In this document: piece after piece, positions 27,300 through 36,598 of the stretch
Numbering within the stretch: position 1 is the first letter of the stretch
Layout: every line of letters begins with the position of its first letter
Sequence record: MG655269.1
Length of the DNA stretch: 64,000 bases
Direction: 5' to 3' (one strand)
The notes under the pieces: model-generated
What the model saw: only the letters and a program-made list of their open reading frames with translations
The model's database searches: none
What the model was told of the DNA's origin: nothing
Made by a program: the position numbers and the translations under genes

Positions 27300-28208
27300 A
27301 TGACAGATCCCCACCCCATTCTCGCCGCAGCCATCGGAGAGCCCCAGGATGACGATTGCTGGGATTTTCCGGGCGAGACTGTTGTTGGTCACGGTGACTT
27401 GATGTACACCAACGTCCATAAGCCTCAGGCGTTATGGAACGGTGTTATCCGGTCACTGCGAAAACGTTTCCTTACTGAGCCATCAATTAACCAAAAGGAT
27501 ACTTGTATGACCGAGCAATACAAGCCATTACCTGACACCGGGTACCAAAACCCTTTCTGCGAGCCCGATGCTCTCAACACAAACGACCGGATTTATCCCC
27601 GCAAGAGTCTGGTGGCCTTACTGGAGAAATTCCCCTCCGATAATTTTCGTGGAACACCCGCAGTTCGCTATCCTTTTATGCGCCGTCTGGCGGTGTTGTT
27701 TAAGATAGCGTTCTTACAGACCAGCCTTGACCAGAAAGCTTTATCCTTGAATACACGCCAGACCGGTAAGCCACGGATCACGCAACATTCATTAACCAGT
27801 ATCTGTAATTTAATGCACCAGCTGCATTATGAGCTCAGAGAGCTTCAGTATCAGAACCCCAATCCGATTGACCTGACCCGTTACCTGAAACTTTTAACCG
27901 GTAAGGATGTCTGGGAGAAGCCGGCTGTGGCTGCGTGGGCTAGTGAATTTACCGAGCTCTATTTTCATAGACATCAAGCAGGTGTTGGTAAGTCAATGTT
28001 CTACAACATGCTACCAAAAATCAAACTGCACCTGGCGGGTATTCATGCGACGTTCGGTGGTCGGCCGTGGATCTATGAGAGTAATTGCAGGGGTCCTGCT
28101 GGCTTCTGGCCTGCCACGATTGAATACGGCATGGCGCATAATGGACCGGCCATCACTGCTCAGTTAAATCGCGAGCGTCTGGTGAAACCTAAGAAAGGAA
28201 AAGCATAA
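27300..28208 (+). CDS. Hypothetical protein
   Basis: SD AAGGA; an alternative start exists at 27507. Confidence 0.7.
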   Translation: MTDPHPILAAAIGEPQDDDCWDFPGETVVGHGDLMYTNVHKPQALWNGVIRSLRKRFLTEPSINQKDTCMTEQYKPLPDTGYQNPFCEPDALNTNDRIYPRKSLVALLEKFPSDNFRGTPAVRYPFMRRLAVLFKIAFLQTSLDQKALSLNTRQTGKPRITQHSLTSICNLMHQLHYELRELQYQNPNPIDLTRYLKLLTGKDVWEKPAVAAWASEFTELYFHRHQAGVGKSMFYNMLPKIKLHLAGIHATFGGRPWIYESNCRGPAGFWPATIEYGMAHNGPAITAQLNRERLVKPKKGKA

Positions 28209-29347
28209 TGGCACTGGATCAAGAGTATTATGAAAAGGCATTGGGCATCCTACTGACCAAAGGTTTCTCTAACCAAGAAGCTGACCAGATCGCCACCACG
28301 CTTTCGGTATATCTCCCGATGCGTTTCATCAAAGCTGGTGTATGGGCACTCATGCCTTACGACCAGCATCCGGCCGATCCCCTGGCATTTAAACACATGC
28401 GGCTACTCGACCGTATCCCTGAGTTAAAGAAACCAGTGATCCTTCAAATGCCGACTGACTTTACTTACACCACGTATGGTCAGGAGTATTGCCCTGGTGC
28501 TGACGCACCGACATACACCACAGGACCCGATGGTTATACACATCATCCGGTTGGTTGGGAGAGTGGCATTACTGGCATGCCAGGCGCAATGGGTCCGGCT
28601 GGGGATGACAATATTGAAGTCAGTGATTTGACCTGTGATCACCCCCAAGGCGATTTTAGACTATCGTTACCTGCCGAATCAATGGTTAGTCAGTTTACCG
28701 TCGTCATGCGGGTTGGTGGTAAACCTATTAAAATGACGCTGGAAGAACTCATCCAGGAAATTGGAGGTTATGACAAACTTCCTGCTTCTGCACGTGCTGC
28801 GATTGATCGTGTTATGGAAGAGCATCGCAATGCCCCTGTAACTACTGTATCTGTCCGCACGCCGTTACCAGGTGGAGTATCTCAGGAGCAAGCTGACTAT
28901 CTGAAACTGGGCGACCTCAGCGACATCGAAGGGATCAAACGGGCTTACCCGCTCATCGACGAGAAAACAGCTGAACGGATGTCTAAGTTGCATTGTCAGC
29001 TTAATCAGCATATCGCGCGGGTTCATCGTGAGCCGAGAGACGTTGAGGTATTTGATCTGCTTGCGGACGATCACTCTCAGCGGATGTTCCAATCTCGTCA
29101 TGCTAAACGTCAGTACCCAAACAGTTTGTTTGAGAAGTTCCTGCCGGATCAAGCAGACATCGATGAACCCGAGGGCATGACTGTTAAAATCAAAACCCAC
29201 AGCGTACGTCACTTCGGACACGGTCTTGAAATTAGCACGCCTTTGTTTGGCCAATCCCACAAAAACCCTACTGGACCACAAACCATGCCGGGGCTTGAGA
29301 AAGGCCGTGATGGTAAACGTAAACGTAATAAGAAGGGCAGACGATGA
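28208..29347 (+). CDS. Hypothetical protein
   Basis: TAATG coupling; short GMPGAMGPAG segment; basic C-terminus. Confidence 0.72.
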   Translation: MALDQEYYEKALGILLTKGFSNQEADQIATTLSVYLPMRFIKAGVWALMPYDQHPADPLAFKHMRLLDRIPELKKPVILQMPTDFTYTTYGQEYCPGADAPTYTTGPDGYTHHPVGWESGITGMPGAMGPAGDDNIEVSDLTCDHPQGDFRLSLPAESMVSQFTVVMRVGGKPIKMTLEELIQEIGGYDKLPASARAAIDRVMEEHRNAPVTTVSVRTPLPGGVSQEQADYLKLGDLSDIEGIKRAYPLIDEKTAERMSKLHCQLNQHIARVHREPRDVEVFDLLADDHSQRMFQSRHAKRQYPNSLFEKFLPDQADIDEPEGMTVKIKTHSVRHFGHGLEISTPLFGQSHKNPTGPQTMPGLEKGRDGKRKRNKKGRR

Positions 29348-30117
29348 TCGATCGCAGTTTTGAAGGTGGCTGGGAGTCTATACTGCAATGGCATGGGTTT
29401 GCTGATCGTGCTAAACAGGGGCTGTCTGAGCACTTTGTTATCGTGGATTACGGAACCCAGGCAGAGGCCGCCGCTTTTGAGCAATTGACAGCGCTGGCGG
29501 AGAAAGTGAAGTATGTCTCAGTCGAGCGAGTTAAAGCCGTTGACTTTACCCCGACGCTTGTACGTACGCTACATGAACGTGAACATGGCTGGCATTACTG
29601 TCATGTCATGGGGCGATGTGGTTACGGCGGCCACGGGATAATGATCGGTGATAATGGCGGCTGGACAGGCGCGCACGGCGGTGCAGGTGATGCAGGTCAG
29701 CCCTCAACACCTGATGATGGCTCGATACTATACCAGACAGATTACAGTAGTCTCGGTATCCAGGACCGAGGATTTACTACGCTGCAAGACATGATGGAAA
29801 ATGCCAGCCCTTACGATTACCCTCGGGAGATTCGTATAGTAGGGGATCGGCATGACCCGGATGTCAAAGCGTTAACGCAGGCGGTGATAAAGCTTGTTGG
29901 GCGTCGAGCTATCAAAGTAGTTAGCATACCGCATGCCGACATGATGTATAGACCCGGCCCGCACCGAACGTATAACCTCGCGCCGGAGAAATACCGGGAG
30001 CGATTTGACATTGCTTATAAACAAGCATTAGAAAATGTCAACAAGGCGGCCATCCTACCGTATGCCCGTGGGCCATTGCAGTCTGTTCTGGCGACTCAAC
30101 GCAAGAAACACTTTTAA
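29344..30117 (+). CDS. Hypothetical protein
   Basis: ATGA overlap; central Gly-rich segment. Confidence 0.7.
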   Translation: MIDRSFEGGWESILQWHGFADRAKQGLSEHFVIVDYGTQAEAAAFEQLTALAEKVKYVSVERVKAVDFTPTLVRTLHEREHGWHYCHVMGRCGYGGHGIMIGDNGGWTGAHGGAGDAGQPSTPDDGSILYQTDYSSLGIQDRGFTTLQDMMENASPYDYPREIRIVGDRHDPDVKALTQAVIKLVGRRAIKVVSIPHADMMYRPGPHRTYNLAPEKYRERFDIAYKQALENVNKAAILPYARGPLQSVLATQRKKHF

Positions 30118-30144
30118 TCAGTTCCCCTCAACAGGAGAGTAACC

Positions 30145-30450
30145 ATGTGTAACATGCGATCGGATTGGTTTGTAGAAGACGAACCGTCCATGAAGGAAAG
30201 TGATCCGCATTTCGACAACAAAGCAATGGATGGCTTGATGGCAAAGATCCGTGACTTTGTTAAAGAGAGTGATGCGGCGACCTATGTCCCGCAAGCCCTG
30301 TTTGGCGAAGCCGGTAAAGTTAACCTGTCCAAAGTGGCAGCAGTAACCCGTCCGGTCGATCACCTCATTACCCTGAACCCAGTGGCCAATGACGGTGATG
30401 TGTATCTGGACTTCGCGCGAGGGAAGCGGCGTGGATACAAACCCCACTGA
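30145..30450 (+). CDS. Hypothetical protein
   Basis: SD GGAG. Confidence 0.62.
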   Translation: MCNMRSDWFVEDEPSMKESDPHFDNKAMDGLMAKIRDFVKESDAATYVPQALFGEAGKVNLSKVAAVTRPVDHLITLNPVANDGDVYLDFARGKRRGYKPH

Positions 30451-30661
30451 AGTTAACATCGAGCAGGCCAATCGTTATGAGGGGTCTACCGATGATTTGG
30501 TCCAGCAAGCTAATGATCGTGGTTTTCTCCAGGGGATTCGTATCACTTCTGGTGAGAACATCGATCCAAGCATTTGGACGCCTGAGAAGATCGAAAAGTT
30601 GAAAGCTGCACTTCGACATATTCGTGACTCAGAACAACGCATCAAAGGTAGCCAGGGGTAA
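30431..30661 (+). CDS. Small hypothetical protein
   Basis: GTG at 30431 with GAGGG SD, in frame with track ORF 30389-30661. Confidence 0.55.
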   Translation: MDTNPTEVNIEQANRYEGSTDDLVQQANDRGFLQGIRITSGENIDPSIWTPEKIEKLKAALRHIRDSEQRIKGSQG

Positions 30662-30679
30662 CACCCTGGCTTTATGCCG
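30651..30679 (+). terminator. Hairpin GCCAGGG-GTAACA-CCCTGGC followed by TTTATGCCG
   Basis: Nearly identical to the hairpin at 1380; consensus tail. Confidence 0.75.
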
Positions 30680-30699
30680 GTTTAACGAGGACGTGTAAC

Positions 30700-31155
30700 A
30701 TGGAATCGAGCGGTTTGATTACGCTGGCAATGGTCTTTTTAACCTTCGTCATTGGGTTATGTTGTTGGCTGACGCGTTTCATACGCTATCACACCAACCG
30801 CTACACCGTTGACACCAAGAAGGCGTTAAAGCAATTTGCCTGTAAGCTTGAAAGAGTACTGGATGTCCCGCAGCCGTATTCGCTGGCACAAAGCGAAATG
30901 ACAAGGCTGGATAATGAACTGAACGCTTCTCTCTTCCTCTTTGAAGAGATCACAGGGAAGATCCACGATGAAACCAGTCGACTGTACCTGGAGTCAAGTT
31001 TCATGGTGGTACGCGGCACTCAACACGATACCCCGATTCGTATCTGTGTGGCGAACACAATCTTCAGCCTGTCAACAACTAACCACAATCACCACAGCGT
31101 CATGAAGGTCATCAACGACTTTAATAACCGCTTGGCTAAAATTGTAGAAAGTTAA
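30700..31155 (+). CDS. Membrane-anchored hypothetical protein
   Basis: SD GAGG; N-terminal TM segment LITLAMVFLTFVIGLCCWL. Confidence 0.7.
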   Translation: MESSGLITLAMVFLTFVIGLCCWLTRFIRYHTNRYTVDTKKALKQFACKLERVLDVPQPYSLAQSEMTRLDNELNASLFLFEEITGKIHDETSRLYLESSFMVVRGTQHDTPIRICVANTIFSLSTTNHNHHSVMKVINDFNNRLAKIVES

Positions 31156-31159
31156 GCAC

Positions 31160-31192
31160 AGAAAAACTCAGACCTATATCACGCCCGTGATA
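31160..31192 (+). promoter_or_regulatory. Putative early promoter AGAAAAACTCAGACCTATAT-N8-TGATA
   Basis: Third copy of the motif, with identical spacing. Confidence 0.75.
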
Positions 31193-31230
31193 GACCCCTC
31201 AACCCCCATTAATCTTAAGTGAGTTCAATC

Positions 31231-31671
31231 ATGAAATACGTTTACGCTATTATCGCTGTTCTTGGTTTCTCTTTTGTGTCTGTTGCAGTTGCTGCAGATC
31301 AAACCAAAGTGGTGAAAGGCTGGTACGCTGAATACAACACGGCTTCGGTCCTGTATTCTGCTGGGCCAAAGAAAGGACAAGAATTGACCATGGAATGTGT
31401 ATTAGGTGGTTGGACGTTTGCGTATGCAGACAAGATGGGCGAGGAAGTAAACTCGGTCGATGATGACATGACAATCCTGGTCGACGGTGCAGCGTTTGCT
31501 GTGCCGAAGACTCAGGGTCAACGTGAGAAGTTATACGCAGCCATTCAGCACGCTAAGAGTGGTATTCAATACAAGACCCACGCCTATGGTGCGTCGGTAG
31601 TATTCCCAGTGGATGGCTTGGCCGAGATGTTTCGTGACCTGCCGTTTGAAGTCAGCCCGTGCATGAGCTAA
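31231..31671 (+). CDS. Secreted/periplasmic hypothetical protein
   Basis: Classical signal peptide MKYVYAIIAVLGFSFVSVAVA-A; two Cys residues. Confidence 0.75.
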   Translation: MKYVYAIIAVLGFSFVSVAVAADQTKVVKGWYAEYNTASVLYSAGPKKGQELTMECVLGGWTFAYADKMGEEVNSVDDDMTILVDGAAFAVPKTQGQREKLYAAIQHAKSGIQYKTHAYGASVVFPVDGLAEMFRDLPFEVSPCMS

Positions 31672-31684
31672 AAGGAAAACAATT

Positions 31685-32386
31685 GTGATGACCCCTACCA
31701 AACAAATTAAACGCAGCTACCGTCTGATCAAAGTGACTGCTGATGTAACACGGGATAACTGGGTCGGGAAAGACATCGACTTCATTGTTCAGCCCAATAA
31801 AGACATGATCGATGACACCACACGTGGTGGACCTAATCGCCTGCTCGCGACATACATCGTGCTGGGTAACCGTATTCCTGTAACCGTTAACAGCCATGCG
31901 ACCATTACCCGGGAAGAAGGCTTGCAGGATCTGCAGGTCAGTATTGTCGATGGTCAGTCAAACTACATTGACATCAGTAATGTGCGTTACGTTGTGTCGT
32001 GTGAGTTAGAAGAGCACTTCACCTACACCCCACCAAAAGAACCTTCGCTACTTGATCAGCTGGTTGGCGGACCAATGGGTGACCCAACCCATATGTTCAT
32101 TATCGATGAAAACTATAACGTCTTTGTCGGCACAGCGAACGATTCACAGGAAGATTATACCTTGGCTGGTCGTCTGATCAGTAACCTCGGTTCTCATGAT
32201 GCTGAAGCTAATGATTTGGAGATTATCGGCAGTTATCCTGATGACCAAGGTGACCACTACTACGTCTCCATTGACTGGAACAAGTCATTCATTTCCGGGA
32301 TTTCCAACAACGAGAAATGCGAATGGTTTAACCAACTCGATGCACTGGTAGCAATGTTGCTGGAAAAGATTAAAGTTACAGTGTAA
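31685..32386 (+). CDS. Hypothetical protein
   Basis: SD AAGGA; 233 aa. Confidence 0.7.
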   Translation: MMTPTKQIKRSYRLIKVTADVTRDNWVGKDIDFIVQPNKDMIDDTTRGGPNRLLATYIVLGNRIPVTVNSHATITREEGLQDLQVSIVDGQSNYIDISNVRYVVSCELEEHFTYTPPKEPSLLDQLVGGPMGDPTHMFIIDENYNVFVGTANDSQEDYTLAGRLISNLGSHDAEANDLEIIGSYPDDQGDHYYVSIDWNKSFISGISNNEKCEWFNQLDALVAMLLEKIKVTV

Positions 32387-32394
32387 GTAATATC

Positions 32395-32428
32395 AGGCAG
32401 GGGGACTACTCTCTGCCTTTATTTTTTG
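32395..32428 (+). terminator. Intrinsic terminator AGGCAGGGGG-ACTA-CTCTCTGCCT with TTATTTTTT
   Basis: 10-bp stem with G-U pairs and a T-tract. Confidence 0.85.
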
Positions 32429-32498
32429 TGGTATTCTGCCACAGAAAACTACTGGCCATACTACCAGTGGTATTCACTCAATAGACTGCGAGGAATAA

Positions 32499-33059
32499 AT
32501 GATGTTTGATAAAATTGAAGGATTGGCTGATGTGATCGAGCTGAAGTACGGCTTGCTTGATATCACCTATCACCGCGATAACGACAAAGACCTCTATGTC
32601 GATGTCTTTTATAAAGACACACGCTTGTCAAGCCGGCGTGACCTGACCGATGCCCTGGACTACGCTTATATCGGTGTGCGGTTGTGTAACCCTCAGTTCG
32701 GTGCCTGGTGTTATGGTGCTGAGCGTGAGTTAGTCATGTCGCATTTAATGGACGCATTGAGAATGGTGGGTAAGCCTGCACCCAGGGCTGTTGAAGACTC
32801 ACGGTTAAAGACAGGGATTCATCGTACCATTCAGCTGCTTGCCGAGAACGGTAACCTGCATCCGAAAGAGGATGATATCCGCATCACGATCCATCGTGCA
32901 GCACGAGTGGACTACGGTTCAACAGATACCATCGAAACAACCATCAGCATGACCAACCACGATATTACTATTAGTAAGCGACGGATTGAGTGTGTCAGTG
33001 GTGAGATGCGGGATTTACAAGCATGGGCGCGTAAGTTATATGCGAGACACTTTGAATAA
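32499..33059 (+). CDS. Hypothetical protein
   Basis: SD GAGGA. Confidence 0.7.
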   Translation: MMFDKIEGLADVIELKYGLLDITYHRDNDKDLYVDVFYKDTRLSSRRDLTDALDYAYIGVRLCNPQFGAWCYGAERELVMSHLMDALRMVGKPAPRAVEDSRLKTGIHRTIQLLAENGNLHPKEDDIRITIHRAARVDYGSTDTIETTISMTNHDITISKRRIECVSGEMRDLQAWARKLYARHFE

Positions 33060-33069
33060 CGAGGTAGCT

Positions 33070-33471
33070 ATGGGTAGTGCGTACTGTAAGGTTGTGGCAA
33101 TCCACAGCATCTATGTACACAGTGCAGCGATGGAAGCGGTATCCGCTAAATACAGGAGCTGTTTTCGTTTGGCGTATAACTTCGTGAATGCTACGCAGTT
33201 AGCCCAACAGCTACGGCTTGCCGTGAAGAACAGCGAAATCCTGATTGTCGATACCAGTGACTTTACTCGCCGGGCACTTAACAATCTTAATGAGCAGTTC
33301 TACTGCATCTATCCGGGTGAGGAACAACATTCCGATATGTCAATCAAGCATCAGCGTAACTGTCGCATGACGCCTGACTGTATTCATATCGAAATTCAAA
33401 ACCTCAGCGACTTTGAGCGCTTAAACTGGGAAGTTCGACCCGATGCAGGGTTAAGGATATCACGCCGTTAG
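33070..33471 (+). CDS. Hypothetical protein
   Basis: SD GAGGT before ATG 33070. Confidence 0.65.
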   Translation: MGSAYCKVVAIHSIYVHSAAMEAVSAKYRSCFRLAYNFVNATQLAQQLRLAVKNSEILIVDTSDFTRRALNNLNEQFYCIYPGEEQHSDMSIKHQRNCRMTPDCIHIEIQNLSDFERLNWEVRPDAGLRISRR

Positions 33472-33473
33472 AA

Positions 33474-33525
33474 CGGCATATAGGCCCTCCGTAATGGAGG
33501 GCCTTTTATGACATCTTTTTTTTTG
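33474..33525. terminator. Bidirectional hairpin AGGCCCTCC-GTAAT-GGAGGGCCT flanked by CGGCATAT and TTTATGAC
   Basis: Perfect 9-bp stem at a convergent junction with motif-like flanks on both sides. Confidence 0.8.
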
Positions 33526-33535
33526 GTTTACAGCG

Positions 33536-33982
33536 TTATACCAGGCGCTGAGTTAACTGCGAACTATATTGAATAGCGTGATAGGTCGCAGGTTTCTCAA
33601 GCTGCTCGGTGCAGCGGTAGACCGGGGTCTTCATAAAAGGGCAACCGGCATTCATTAATGCCTCACGGTTGCTGGGCGACTCATCCACGCGAATCACCAC
33701 ATCCGTGGACTGGAAGCCAAAGACTTCCCGCTTCGTTGCAGTATATTCTGCATCCAGCACCACGATCTTACGGTTGATCACCAGCTTCACGGCCACCGGG
33801 TATTTGATTACCAGGTCTGACCCTAAGCCCGCCAAGACAAACTTAATGACAAACTTCTTAAGTCCATTTAGCAACTGACTCTCACTGGCCCAACTTTTAA
33901 CAATCTGCAGCATGTGTGTATTTCCACTCATATAAGGGGAAGTTAAGAAAAGCAACCTGAGGGCCCGTCCGTGATCCCTCAT
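33536..33982 (-). CDS. Hypothetical protein
   Basis: 148-aa minus-strand ORF; start may be further downstream. Confidence 0.6.
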   Translation of the reverse strand: MRDHGRALRLLFLTSPYMSGNTHMLQIVKSWASESQLLNGLKKFVIKFVLAGLGSDLVIKYPVAVKLVINRKIVVLDAEYTATKREVFGFQSTDVVIRVDESPSNREALMNAGCPFMKTPVYRCTEQLEKPATYHAIQYSSQLTQRLV

Positions 33983-33988
33983 AATGTA

Positions 33989-34543
33989 TTACTTCATACC
34001 GTCCAACTGCTTTTGAAGTTCCTTTAACTGACGGCTTGCATCCGGCGTCTCGGCGTCATGATCTCTGATCGCTTCAATAAACGACTTCCGTTTGCAATAA
34101 GGATACTTCATCCATTTATCAAATGACAAACCAAATTTGCCCAAGATATCCGCACGCAGATATTCGAGCTCATACTTTCGATACCCAACTAACGCCAGCG
34201 AGTCTTCCTGCTCGACCTGTAAGATTAACGAGAGCGGCGAGGTTTCCGCGTTATGGTCAATAATCCCAAACGTGTCATCGTAAAGCTCTGTTAATCGAAT
34301 TAGTGGATACTCCCAGTTCTCGGTAAGAAACGTGGGGTTTTCTAACGCGACATCCCAGGCATCGGACCGATCACTTTCGGACAGACCGAAATCCCAATGG
34401 ATTAGATGTCGGCTTGATCGAACGTCTGATTCAGTGTATTCGTCATTAGGGTAAAAAAAACCCGTGCTACGTTCAGCGGGGTGTATGCCGGGAAGGTGTT
34501 GCTCACCAGCGGTTGACGCGCCTGGCAGTTCGGGCATTTCCAA
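33989..34543 (-). CDS. C-terminal partner ORF of a tail/baseplate assembly chaperone, probably reached by -1 frameshift
   Basis: Overlaps the upstream ORF by about 140 nt, has no SD-supported start, and no ATG after the upstream stop until near its end; FGLSFDKWMKYP resembles gpT/gp51-type C-termini. Confidence 0.6.
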   Translation of the reverse strand: MEMPELPGASTAGEQHLPGIHPAERSTGFFYPNDEYTESDVRSSRHLIHWDFGLSESDRSDAWDVALENPTFLTENWEYPLIRLTELYDDTFGIIDHNAETSPLSLILQVEQEDSLALVGYRKYELEYLRADILGKFGLSFDKWMKYPYCKRKSFIEAIRDHDAETPDASRQLKELQKQLDGMK

Positions 34544-36021
34544 CGCGGTACTGCGACCACACCGACCGTTACCCGGTTGATGAACTTGTTCAGCTCTTCA
34601 AAGAACGGTTTACGCATATCCGGGGTTGCACTGAATTGCTTCAGCAGCAATGCCACGTCATCGGCCGACTCAACATAGTTGCCATCGTTGAACTCGATCT
34701 TAGTCACCCAGTGGGCGTAACCACGCATGGAGGACAGCGCTGCCTGTTTGTTGATGTGCTGCTCACGCTGCTCACGCGTCATGCTGTCGTTGAAGCTGTC
34801 GGTGATCGCTTGTTGAATGCCGTTGATCCAGGCATAGCCCGCTGCATTCTTATCTTCGAGTGATGGCACCCGCAGATAGAACTTCACATCTTTCACAGTG
34901 ATGACATTGTCTTTCATCACTTCAAAGCCGGTCTGATAGGCAATGACCTGCTCGACGGTACGGCCGCTGAAGTGAGACATGTGCGCACGCTGGGTTGGTG
35001 ACAGACGATTGTTGTCAATGATCGACAGACGAGAGACGTTAACTTTCGCTGCTTCAACATGCACACACTTCTTCGGATCGGCGGCACAGGCAGTAACCAT
35101 GTGGTAGCCAGACTTAAAGCGTGCGCCCAGGTAGGCGTTAGCGATCAGATCAAGATCCTGCTCTTTGATTAACGGCAGCAGGGTTTTCTTATCGGAGACA
35201 CCGATGCTGCTGTCAGTGACCATACCCAGCAGGAAGTCAGTCATGTGCTTACGCACCACGACATCCAGGTTGTTAAACACCAGACCGTTGGTACGACGAC
35301 CGAGGATCGCTTTCTCAGCCATGATGGCGGTTTGCATATCCACAAACTCATCATCACCGGCAATCAGCAACGTAACCCAGATACCAGAATGTGGCAGCGG
35401 CAGATGGACATAGTCGCCCATGTTCATCACACCACGAGCACGCATCACTGCCTGTGGACCGGTCAGCAGTTTAGTGCCTTCGGTACTGCGCTTCACTGGC
35501 GGGCGAGAAACACCCTGCACTTTGTTGCTGTCAAGCAGAATACCTTGCAGCCACTGCGCGCCATCCTGACGAATGGTCAGATTCAGACCAGAACGGTACG
35601 ACAGGTTGGTGATGGCATTACTGGCCAGGGATAGCCAGATCATCGCTTTATCAGCACCGTACAGACTGACGATCTCTTTTAAGATCTTCTTGTCTTCGGT
35701 GTTGGTGTCGATCTCATTGATCAACGCCGTCGCTGCATCGTAATCCTGATGCATGATAGACAGCACACCTTCCGTGCCGACATCCTCCATGGAGTTCAGC
35801 TTTTCAATGATCGGGTTCTGATAGAGCGGATCGAACGCCTGCTCAACGGCTTCAACTTCAGGTGCTTCAGCTTCGCCCTGTTGGCTGGTTTCTGCTGGCT
35901 CGGGATCGGTGCCAATAGTACCAGTAGTCGCCGGACGGCCTGGATCAACTTCAGGAATACCAGAGTGGTTTTCTTCAACAGGCTCTTGCTGTGACAGAAT
36001 GGATGGGTTATCACCGGACAT
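34402..36021 (-). CDS. Putative tail/baseplate hub assembly protein (T4 gp26/gp51-like)
   Basis: 539 aa; Y..V.ACAADPKKC and RWKCPNCQ Cys pairs; P.NVARVFF end typical of hub-assembly chaperones (recall). Confidence 0.55.
   Translation of the reverse strand: MSGDNPSILSQQEPVEENHSGIPEVDPGRPATTGTIGTDPEPAETSQQGEAEAPEVEAVEQAFDPLYQNPIIEKLNSMEDVGTEGVLSIMHQDYDAATALINEIDTNTEDKKILKEIVSLYGADKAMIWLSLASNAITNLSYRSGLNLTIRQDGAQWLQGILLDSNKVQGVSRPPVKRSTEGTKLLTGPQAVMRARGVMNMGDYVHLPLPHSGIWVTLLIAGDDEFVDMQTAIMAEKAILGRRTNGLVFNNLDVVVRKHMTDFLLGMVTDSSIGVSDKKTLLPLIKEQDLDLIANAYLGARFKSGYHMVTACAADPKKCVHVEAAKVNVSRLSIIDNNRLSPTQRAHMSHFSGRTVEQVIAYQTGFEVMKDNVITVKDVKFYLRVPSLEDKNAAGYAWINGIQQAITDSFNDSMTREQREQHINKQAALSSMRGYAHWVTKIEFNDGNYVESADDVALLLKQFSATPDMRKPFFEELNKFINRVTVGVVAVPRWKCPNCQARQPLVSNTFPAYTPLNVARVFFTLMTNTLNQTFDQADI
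34451..34463 (-). other. Candidate -1 slippery site GGG-TTTTTTTT-AC
   Basis: Minus strand 0-frame CGG GTT TTT TTT ACC versus -1 frame GGT TTT TTT TAC; T_TTT_TTT heptamer. Confidence 0.6.
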
Positions 36022-36038
36022 TATGCTTATCCTTACCT

Positions 36039-36506
36039 TTACTTTTTAGTGGGGTCGACCTGAACCGGGTCATTGAGTTTGCTTGCTGCGCCAGCGGCAA
36101 CCGCGTTAGCATGGGCGCTGTCTGACATGGTCAGAATGGCAGCACCGTGACGCTGCATCGCATCCAGCAATTTACTTTGCAGGACGATGTATTGTTCGTG
36201 CACACTGAGGAAGTCAGCGATGGTGCTGTCATGCAAGGCATAACCGGCTTTGCCTTGATGCTGCTGCTTGATCATCGGCAGTGTTTCATCGATCTCTTTG
36301 ACTACAGCCAGCGCCGCTTCGATGTGCGAGCTTAACGCAGAGGGGTTTGGCTGAAAGCGAATGATGTTGGTGTTGACGGCCATGAGACAAGTATTGCTCA
36401 GCTCATTGCGCAAATTAATCGTATAAGTTGCCGCAGAATCCAGGTACTCCCAGAACTGATCGGGCTGATGGACCTCTGGTGCGAGAGGCGGTTCATTGGT
36501 TGACAT
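36039..36506 (-). CDS. Hypothetical protein
   Basis: SD AAGGA; helical 155-aa ORF. Confidence 0.68.
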   Translation of the reverse strand: MSTNEPPLAPEVHQPDQFWEYLDSAATYTINLRNELSNTCLMAVNTNIIRFQPNPSALSSHIEAALAVVKEIDETLPMIKQQHQGKAGYALHDSTIADFLSVHEQYIVLQSKLLDAMQRHGAAILTMSDSAHANAVAAGAASKLNDPVQVDPTKK

Positions 36507-36598
36507 AACGGGTCCTTGAGGTGATTTATCTTGTGGCTTACATATATTGACACTACTAATGTCAACAATTACAACGTTTATACGGAAAAGGCGCGGTC

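Noticed and set aside
27300-28208. RQTGK and QAGVGKS segments resembling a terminase or P-loop Walker A
   Set aside because: No Walker B or other ATPase motifs in sensible positions; not enough for an ATPase call.
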